Shown here: in pieces, positions 25,177 to 34,914 of the stretch
Numbering within the stretch: position 1 is the first letter of the stretch
Layout: each line of letters begins with the position of its first letter
From: Paragordius varius
Lineage: Eukaryota > Animalia > Nematomorpha
Reading direction: 5' to 3'
Assembly (NCBI GenBank): GCA_964247055.1
Contig: OZ176054.1
Coordinates: forward strand, 2,046,001 to 2,110,000
DNA: 64,000 nt
Made by a program: the position numbers and the translations under genes
The notes under the pieces: model-generated
The model's input: only the letters and a program-made list of their open reading frames with translations
Told to the model about the DNA's origin: nothing
Databases searched by the model: none

Positions 25177-28138
25177 CTTAACTCGTTCTCCATATAAGCT
25201 ATAAAAAGTTACTGAGCATTTGTTAGTTTTCCCATTATTTTCGTCAAAAGTTCGACAAGCGTCAAACGGGGGACAATATAAATGTAAACTCACAGCTGGG
25301 ACTATGTGATCTTGGTTAGACATTCTGTGTACTCCAATGCTATCTGAACTCAAAAAATTATCAAAATAATAAAAGAGAAATTAGTAAAGAATTATATTTA
25401 ATAAAAAATTATGTTTTTTGAATTCTTATACGGTTTTTAAATGTAGAATTATTGAATCTCATGTTGGTTAAAAACTAAAAATAATTATAATTTTGCAAAA
25501 AAATTTGTTTCTTAATTATTAAAAATTAAAGGAGTTACAGTAAAAATGAAATTTACAAACAAAACGTAAAAACATAAAGACAAATGTTATATTTTAAAAA
25601 ACAACCATACTTTTATAATTGTTTTTCTTATACAAATTATATGGTGACAATCGTAAAATATAATTGATTGTTACCTACATCTCTATTCTATTTAATACTA
25701 TGAAATTTAAAATTTAAAAAAAAAACAAAGTTTACTTTTGAAAAAATATTTGTCTATATTACGGTTCGATTGTATAATTTCAATTTTTAATGAAATTCGT
25801 ATTTGAAAAGTAAAAAGCCTTACCATTAATGTATGAAACTTGATTTTTGGTATAATGATTTTTGCCTTTCGTGAACATCTTCAGATCTCCACAATCTTCT
25901 GTAACTCTGTAAAGTTCTTCAGTAAGTTGACCTTGAAGTACCTATCCATATTGCAGTAAAAAAATATTATTATACGGACAAAACGTAAAAATATATAGAA
26001 AAGGTTTGAAAGTATGATTGCCTTTTGAAAAAAAATATTTGTCTTTATATTATAAATTATGTATATGACATAATTTATTATCTTTCAATGCATCAAAAAA
26101 ATCTAATTATAAGTTTTTTATTAAAAACATAGCAAAATATAAATTTTTGAAAAATATTATAAATGATTCTTTAATATCTACTTTAACAAAGCAATGTGAA
26201 TTGGAATGGTCATGAATACCGCTAAGCATGTCTGGCCCCCAGCACAGTAACATAAGGTTATATTTTCCATTGCCTTTGTCAATCAAATTTCTTGTATATC
26301 TGTTAACATAAAATTTTAAAATATAACATGTAAATATATATGTAATTCTAGACCGATTTTTAGAGAATATGGCGAAAGATGGCCCGCCTATATACTAATA
26401 GGTTGGAATTGAATTGAAAAATTTAATTCGGCAAGAGGCACCTACAAAATAATGCGCTATGAGGCTGACAATAAAAGATTTTTTAATTTATATATATATT
26501 TTTTTAAATAATTTAAATTATCATTTAACCTTCAAGATTCAAATATTAGGGGGCAATGAGTTGCCGTCATTTTCTAAAATACAGTGATATTTAATGTTGA
26601 TCATCATACTTTTCAGATATTATAATATGATTCTAGTTTTAAAATATATAGTTTATTGAAATTTGAGCCCTCATATTGGCCAAAAAAATTAAAATCTAAA
26701 CAATATTTAAAGGGGAGTATTTATTTACGCTACCTTACTATGGTGATAGGAGAAAATTGATATTTTGTCAACCTGATCAGTATCAAGCATACTTGATTAG
26801 TATTTTATAAATATGTTACATGTTGGATTAAAATTATCGTTTAATATATTTATTGCAAGATTTAAATCTGACCGCCATAGAAAGGCAATCAATATTTGTA
26901 AACAGATTATATATGATTAAAAAATAGAAATTAAAAAATGATATTAAGACGGTAAGTTGCATTTTTAGCCTTCTGTACATGACCGCCTAAAAATTACGCA
27001 AAAGAAATGATGTGCATATGCGAAAGGCATAATTATATTTCGTTAGATAATTTTAATATAATATTTAATCAGGGATAGAAGCAGAAATTTTTATTTGGGT
27101 ACGAATGTTAATTTTTTTGTTTTGGGGTCGCAAAAAAACGGTTTCAAACGGTTCCATTGTCTTTCGTAAAAGGGTTCTGGTTTCAGTTTTATATACCATT
27201 TACAATGCAAATTCACCCTTGAACATTTCAAATTCACTCTCGAACAATACGAATATATTTTTCGGCTATTATAACTCATCATTAATAAGTAATATATTTT
27301 TACGACATTCGTCATTATATTAATTTTAAACTCATTTTTCAATATAAAAAATATAGGTAATTTTTCATCTCATAATTTATTTTAGGATATTGTTCAGGGG
27401 TGAATTTGAATGGTTCGAGGGTATTTAAATTGATCAGTGAATTTAAATTGTAAATGGTATAATAATGGTAAATTAAACTTTTCATATGGCCAATATTTGT
27501 TTGATAAAAATGAATGCTTTAAGAATCATTTAAACAGAAACTTAAAAAAATTATTAATTATTCCCTTTTGTCATTTATATCCGTAGGATATAAATACATA
27601 TATAATAAAATAAATTAAAAGCTAGTAATTAAAAATTTATGCAAATAAATTATTTTTATGATCAAAATATTTCATACATGCAAATTTTGTGATTTTCTCT
27701 GGCCCAGGTCCAAATTGGCTTTCGTTTAAATTAATTACGTTTTGTAAACATTTTATTCGTGACTTATATAAAAAATAATGAAATATAAAATTAGCTTAAT
27801 TGTGTGTGGTTACCTGTTTGTTGCTTTTTTGGACACGCGTTAAAACATATAAAATTGGTAATTATAATAAAAAAAATTTTTAATATCAAATAATTTTTTA
27901 TAAAATTACTATACCGATATGGATCAAAGTAGGCATAAGGGGCCCAATCCGTTTCATTTGATTCATAAGCTAACATAATTTTGTTAATATCATCGATATT
28001 GACTGTGTCGCGTTGAAAACAGTGACGAATTCCATCTAACATTTCGTCCCAACTTAGTTTTGGACAAGTTAGAATATCGTGTAATTCTGGGCTCTTTTCA
28101 AACATCATTTTGTTTAGCTGTTGTTGTAAGGTCTTCAT
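25177..28138 (-). CDS. CDO1: Cysteine dioxygenase type 1
   Basis: Exons 28138-27915, 26299-26182, 25941-25824, 25343-25177. Motifs [22 protein letters not shown] (two iron His plus cross-link Cys), GVHR, VSLHLY. The last exon either splices at gtaatg (25176) to an exon I could not find, or reads on to the stop at 25141. Confidence 0.93.
27196..27457. mobile_element. TA-flanked MITE (about 260 bp) in CDO intron 1
   Basis: TA|CCATTTACAAT..AAATTCACCC ... GTGAATTTAAATTGTAAATGG|TA. Family copies at 20614-20905 and 48246-48507. Confidence 0.8.
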
Positions 28139-29091
28139 TGTTGTTTAATATTAAATTTTTAAGGTATAAAAATATTAAACAAGTTTGATGAAAATCTTAA
28201 AATTAAAAGTTTGATGAAAAAAATTGTAGTTATTAAAAGTTCGATGGATATAATAAATAATGCGATATTGGTTTGGAAAGTTTGTTTTACTGCACCAAAC
28301 TAGAACCAATCATATTAATGAAGTGTATTTCAGAAAAAAAGTAATTATTATAATTATAAAATAACAATCATATAGCAAAGAGTTTAAAACTAGTGGAATC
28401 AAGCAATAGTTCAATACTGTAAAAAATATTTCTGTTAACAGAAAGCAATCAATTTTTTATTTATTTTAAATTTATTGAAAAATGACGACATTGTTGCATC
28501 AACTTTTTTGATAATAATTATATTTATATATTTTATTTGATTATCTAGTAATATGATTAGTTTTAAAATGTATATAAATAGGTAAAAAAAAATTTCACTA
28601 CAAAATTAATATTTATTTTACAATGTGTAACATGATATTCATGTTGACAATGAAATTATATAAACTACTTTCCGCATATTAAATTCATATTTTTATATAA
28701 AATGATAAAATGAAGATGATTTGATAAATAATAACAATGGGGGAGTGGTTGTTTATTTTTAGGTTTTATAATTGAAAACAAATAATATAACGTGATTTTA
28801 TTTTTATCTTTGTGACATCAGATGTGATTGAAAATTATAATTCTCATAAAATATGAAAAAATATTTTATTAAATTTTGCAGTAATATTAGTTTTAAATAA
28901 CTATATAAACTTATGATAAAATTGATATTTAAATGGTAAATGACGGATTGCTGTTTTGTATTACCTATTGTTAAACACGTTAAATCACAAGATATACAAT
29001 GAAAATTAAATAAATTAAACTGAAATTGTATAACAAATAAATTTTAACTAAAAATACTAAATGTTATGCAAAGCCCTTCCTCAATAATAAC

Positions 29092-29130
29092 TGCAGATTA
29101 GTTTCGTGCTTGTTAGCACTCATCAGTACA
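29092..29130 (-). ncRNA. Minimal type I hammerhead ribozyme motif, probably inactivated
   Basis: Minus strand: TGTA CTGATGA GTGCT-AACA-AGCAC GAA ACTAAT C TGCA. Intact core, perfect 5-bp stem II, 4-bp stem I with one GU pair; stem III is ACTAAT, one change from the palindrome ACTAGT. Confidence 0.7.
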
Positions 29131-29959
29131 TCACATAACTGATTAAGAAACGGTAAAATTAATAACATTTATCTAAAAATATTTGACAGAATATCCGAAT
29201 TTAAATTAAAACAAGTAACAATCTATAAATAAAAATTATTTTGAAAAAAATTATTCGAAACCCCGAGATTTATTTGTTTACACATACAACTGATTGTATT
29301 TTACTTACTAAAACATAATTTGAGCCAAAAACTGTTTATGACGAAATTGTATTTAGCATGTAATGCAGTTTAGTTTTATTAAATATTTTTTGTCTACTTT
29401 TTAGCAACAAATAATGAATAGATTTTACCCTTAAACTTTTATAATGATTGTTTTATAATAATGCAATTATTTTTAAATTATTCCACCCTAAAATATATGT
29501 AATACTCATCTCTCAATACCTTGATAAATTATTATTATTATGAATATATATATATATATATATATATATTTGTAAAAAATCATCATTTTATGAGAGATAT
29601 TGCATCATAATTTCCTAATTGTCGATGCATTCTTTTTAAAAAATGGTTATTCGGAGAATTTTTTGGGTTTTTAAATAACTATCAACACACAAACACAATC
29701 TTTCAAGGTTAGAAAATAGTTAATTTTCTCGGTAACGTTTGATTTTATTACACAAAAATTTATTTTATAAGTTTAATCAAGTTTGAAAAATGATAATGAT
29801 GAATTAAGTACGACTTTGTCGAGAATAAGGCTAATAGTTTGTCACGTAGATTCTCGTTGCTTATAATAAATATAAGTAAACATTACTCTATTTTCAATAA
29901 TAATTATTAATTAAGATAAGATTTTATTTTGCATATATATATATATATATGTATATATA

Positions 29960-30770
29960 TATGAATGTGGTAAACATGAAAAATTTATGTGATTTCAATG
30001 TGAAAAATTGGATTTTCAGACCATACAACAATGCGAATTATTGAATGATGACCCAACATAAACTGAACGGCTATAGGCAGCATTACATGTATTACATAAA
30101 ATCAGCACACGTCTACGAGCAATAGGAAAAATTGATAAAATCGATAATGGATTACACACAATTTGAAAGAGCGTCATATCCCAAAGTGACCTCTGAAATC
30201 TTGCTTTGAATACAAAATTTTTTGCGCCAAATTGACATGATGGGAAGTGGGTTTATTGTATAATGTCAAGGCTAAAATATCTGTGGATTTAACTTGATAG
30301 GGTCTTCCATCAACAAATAAGGCCAAATCTCCGCAATAAAACAATGTTTTATGTCCAGTGGGATCACAGATATTATGTACTTTTGCTACCCCAGCAAACC
30401 GTTATTACACAACGGCAAAAAAGTTAAGCCCTGCATTAACAGAAAAACGACCGGGATGGGTTAAAAGACATCGCAAATTGATTTTGCTGCATGACTAAGC
30501 TCCTCACAAAGTAAAATCAGCAAAATTTGGAAATCTCTTCGATGGTAAATCCTTTGGCATCTGCTATACTCTCCTAACTTAACGCTCTCCTACTACTTCT
30601 TTGCATCAATGGGGCACACGCTGACAGAGTAGCACTTAAATAACTTCGAAGAAGTTGGAAAATGGCTGGATGGCATGTTTACGGCAAAACACAATCAGTT
30701 TTTCTGGCATGGCATTTATATTATATGACAGATGGGCGAAATGTGTACAAGCTGATGGACAATATTTTCA
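29960..30770 (+). mobile_element. Degenerate mariner transposase (Mos1-like)
   Basis: Fragments GKWVY, EKRPGWVKRHRKLILLHD*APH, YSPNLTLSYY, FASMGHTLTE, FFWHGI, RWAKCVQADGQYFQ correspond to the mariner WVPH, HDNAP and YSPDL blocks and C-terminus. Stops and frameshifts present; TIRs not resolved. Confidence 0.85.
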
Positions 30771-31545
30771 ATATAATAAATAATTGTTTTTTTTTTCAAA
30801 ATTACGTTTTTTTACCAAACCAGACTTATCACTGGTAAAGTAGTGTCGATTTAAAAATGTATAATTCAATGACCGCAAATGTGGGATAATTACATGGATC
30901 ACCCGTATCATGACCTTCTTGGCCATATAAATTAATTGTTGATGTTTAAAATTTTATTTTTCTACAATACATTATATTAATATTTTACAGCAAAATTGCC
31001 TGATACAAATGACATTCCCGGTCAAACAAACATAAGGTTTTTTAATACAAAGATATATAATTGAAACCTATATCCTGATGGGAATGGCTATGACGCAGTT
31101 AGAAAAACGGGAAGTCCGTCTTCAAATCCCTTTAAAAAAAATTTATAAAATAATACTTTTTTAATAATCTCCCAGTTGAGTCCTTTATGTTAAAATAGGG
31201 TATTCGATAAAAAAAGTGTCTTTGAAGCGTTTTATAAAAAATTTTTAATATTTTTTAACAATTTTTTATATCTATTTAACCATATGAAATATTTATGGTA
31301 CGCATCGCTCTTTTGAGGTAGAGTTTATAATTCAATGCTGTTATCGAATTTCTTTCGCTATTGAGCAATTTTTCGGGACAATTTATTCGCCTATACATTT
31401 CCTTTATTAATTCGTCGATTATGGAGGATGCCCAAGTTTCCATATTTAGCCCCACCCAATGTAAAATCACGTCTAATTCAAAAAAGTCTATATCTCAGCG
31501 TTCGGTCGAGATATTAAAAAAATTGTCCTTTCCAACTAAGACATG

Positions 31546-31578
<33 letters not shown>

Positions 31579-32190
31579 GTTGGTTTTGATTCCGGAAAAA
31601 TAATAACTAAATTAAAAGTAAAATAAAAAAAATATGGAAAAGGATAAAGGACATTTTTGTTTATGTAACTTTTAATTTCATTTGCCCCATTTTTTTATCT
31701 ATCCATTAATATTAAAGCTTTTTTAATTCTCTGTCGCATGGGCTGAAATGCAGGTCAAGACTTTAAATCTGCTTTTTCCAAGATATTTTTTGGTTTTTTC
31801 AGGGCGATTTATTAGCTCAGTATAGCATGTTTTTGTTAATTATGCAAAAAATTTGTGTCTTAATTATATGTGTGCATGAGTGAATGTAAATAAGTTGTAT
31901 ATTTTAAACAGAAATTGCGAATTCTTCTAAATTTATTCACTGCCCGTTTTGAATACAATTCATTAAATCATTAACGTTTCCAAATTAAAAAAACTAATAG
32001 TGTTCTTTGCTATAATACAAATCTTTGACCCAATTAAACCCTTTCTAATTCATCAAATATATATAAATTAAATTCTATAAATTTATATGGATTACAGAAA
32101 TACAACAATCACAATATCACATTATTACAAATGCATCAAAATAAAGTTTTAGATATTTGATTTAAACAACATATTGAAAATAACTATATA

Positions 32191-33141
32191 ATGTTAACAA
32201 ATAATCTCTCAATTAAACCCGATACTATTTATATCTTGGCAGCAAAACCCAAATCAACCCGATCATCCTGTACAATAACGAGAAATAAAAATAACGTTGC
32301 CACATCATACAGTGGTGAAAATGAAAGGGGCGAAACTGATATAAATGACAAATGTCCGTGTTTTACATTCATGTACAACGGAGAAATACAGTATGAAATG
32401 GGACAAGGTATAAATAGCACGCGTGTTCTAAACCGTCTCAATCGAAATTTGTTTGAAGTCATACGGATGACAGATGATTTGACAACAGACACAGAATTTT
32501 TAACCAAAGATTATGGTACACAGGGCAAAGAGCGTATTGCTAAATTGCTGGCAGAAAGTAAATGTGAAACTGAAATTTTGAGTCAATTAAATGCCTCTTT
32601 TGGTGCAAGTTCAAAAAGTATTTCAAATATTCCTCCTTTAGTCACAACTCCGACAAAATCTGGTGGAGAAAAAGAAAATAGTAATGCTAAAACAAAAAAT
32701 ACAGAAACTCAAAAATGCCAAAACGAAAGCTGGTGGGATAAAACAAAGGCCGAATTATTAAATTCATTGACAATTTTGCCTCAAACTAAGCATCTCTTAA
32801 ATAGCAACCATCGTAGTAGTTATAAACAACAAATTAAATTTATACAATCCGACATTGAAAATAAGATTGATCTGGCAAAAACTCTTGTAGCTCAGATTCA
32901 GCGTAAACAAGCTTTATTCAACAAACTTTGGACCGATAACACGGACTTGAAAAACGAAAATTTCTTGCTACGCAGAGAAAACGCCAAATTAAACAAGAAA
33001 GAATGTTATACCAATTTGCACCCCTATGATTTTAAAAACAGTTTTTCCGAGTTTAAATCGGACACTTCAGTAGAAAACAATATTGGCTCTTCCTCAAAAA
33101 ATAGCGATGCTAAAAGTGATACAATCAATCTTGATGGATAA
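32191..33141 (+). CDS. Uncharacterised 316-aa protein with a C-terminal coiled coil / leucine zipper
   Basis: 951-nt open frame in about 70% AT DNA; heptad segment IENKIDLAKTLV...NTDLKNENFLLRRENAKL. Confidence 0.7.
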   Translation: MLTNNLSIKPDTIYILAAKPKSTRSSCTITRNKNNVATSYSGENERGETDINDKCPCFTFMYNGEIQYEMGQGINSTRVLNRLNRNLFEVIRMTDDLTTDTEFLTKDYGTQGKERIAKLLAESKCETEILSQLNASFGASSKSISNIPPLVTTPTKSGGEKENSNAKTKNTETQKCQNESWWDKTKAELLNSLTILPQTKHLLNSNHRSSYKQQIKFIQSDIENKIDLAKTLVAQIQRKQALFNKLWTDNTDLKNENFLLRRENAKLNKKECYTNLHPYDFKNSFSEFKSDTSVENNIGSSSKNSDAKSDTINLDG

Positions 33142-33243
33142 CGAAAATGATTTAAAACACTTAAAACTATATAAATTAGTAAATGATTATTATTATTAAA
33201 ATAATAATTTGTATTCTCGTAAAATTTATTGAAATCAAACTAT

Positions 33244-33285
33244 ATCCAAAATTTTCGATACATGAGAGTATCTTTTTCAATGGAT
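33244..33285 (-). ncRNA. Minimal type I hammerhead ribozyme of the Penelope-like element
   Basis: Minus strand: ATCCA TTGAAAA A GATAC-TCTCAT-GTATC GAA AATT T TGGAT. Perfect 5-bp stems I and II, U3-A8 core, palindromic 4-nt stem III; about 100 nt downstream of the PLE ORF stop. Confidence 0.75.
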
Positions 33286-34914
33286 TAATTAAAATAAAGA
33301 AAATAATAATAAGATTAATTAAAACAAAATTTGAAAAATATAATTATAAATTATGATAACAAAAAATGCAAAGTGATGTGCATATGTTATTGTTTTTTCC
33401 TTGGTGTGGTAAATATTTTGAAGTAATCTGTTTCTTTTAGGAAGTCTTTTGTGACTTTGTTAAGATCTTTCCTCTCTTCTCTTCTGTTGATGAGGTGTAT
33501 ACTGTTTGAATGGATAAAACAAGCCTCCAAAATCAACCTATCGGATAATTTGTCGGCTTGTGCTACAATGGATGCTGGGCCGAAGGTGTGACCTGTATTG
33601 TTGCAATGGTCGTAGATGGCCGAACCTTTTCTGTTGTGTTCTTTTTCTCTAATATTTATAGGGCGTTTAGATTGTCCAATATAGTGCGCTGGACAATCAT
33701 TACATCTTTTGTGGTAGACAGTACATTCGTTTTTTGGTTCTCGGCGTGGTCTTAACAGACTTAATAAATTCTTTGGTGGTTTGTAATAAACACGTACATC
33801 CTTTTTTGTAATAATATTGTTAACTTTTTTGGATGTATTGTTATAAGTCAGGCAAATACATTTTTCGGGCGGATTTTGTTTTTCTCTTGGGTTTAATATA
33901 TTGTTTATTGAATCTGTTATCCAATGCTTTTTATAACCTTGATCAAGTAATATGGTTACTATTTCTGATGTTTGAGATGTTCGTACCTTTATGTCATTTG
34001 GTAATTTAAGCGTTCTTTTTAGAAACGCGTTTGTTATGGCTTTGTAAGTTGCTACTGGATGGTTAGACGTAATGGGTAAAAATTGGTAAGAGAAAAGTTC
34101 TTTATAATGGACTTATATGGATATACTATTGATTCTACGGGTAAGATTGAGGTCTAAAAAGTTGATACTGTTGTTCTTTTCTTCCTCTATTGTTAGTTTT
34201 AAATCGGATATTTCGTTGATAATGTTTTGAAAAACTTTTATATTGTCAATGGTGTCGATGATTAAAATATCATCCACATAACGGGTATAGAGGTTTGGAC
34301 GAAATTTTTCAAAAGCCTGTTGCTCAATTAGTCTCATGCAAACTTCACCAATGATTGAACTAAATGGTGAACCCATTGGAGTCCCGCGAATTTGCTTATA
34401 GAAACTATCATTAAACATAAAATAAGTATTATGCAGCGCAATATTTATTAGGGATTGAAGCGCACTTCGATGGATCTGGCTGTTAAAATAATCTATGTTA
34501 TCATTAATGGTTTTGTTTAACGCCTGAAACGCTAATTCAATTGGTATATTTGTATATAAAGAGACTACATCTAACGAACAAAACATATCATTATCTTTAA
34601 CATGATAATCATTTAAAACCTTAACTAATTCATAAGAGTTTTTGGCTGTATAATTATAATTTTCAAGTATGGGTTTAAAGAGATTGGATAGGTATTTACT
34701 TATTTTATAAGCAGGCGCAGTGCGATAATCAATGATAGGACGTAGCGGATTGTTGGGTTTATGGATTTTAGGGTTTGCATAAAATGTAGGTGGATGTTGA
34801 GACTGTGGTAACATATTATTGTAAATTTTTTCATTAATATGTTGTCTAGATTTTAAGAGTTTTAGTAATTTTTTTATTTGGTTAACAGACTTGCACATTG
34901 GGTTTTGTTTTAGT
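33244..34914 (-). mobile_element. Penelope-like element (RT plus GIY-YIG endonuclease), 5'-truncated, one nonsense codon
   Basis: RT 34898-34113 (PKIHKPNNPLRPII, SLDVVSLYTNIP, GTPMGSPFS, RYVDDI). The same frame resumes after the TAA at 34113-34115 and runs to 33387 with TVYHKRCNDCPAHYIGQSKR..IREKEH, TGH and RLILEACFI. Confidence 0.92.
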
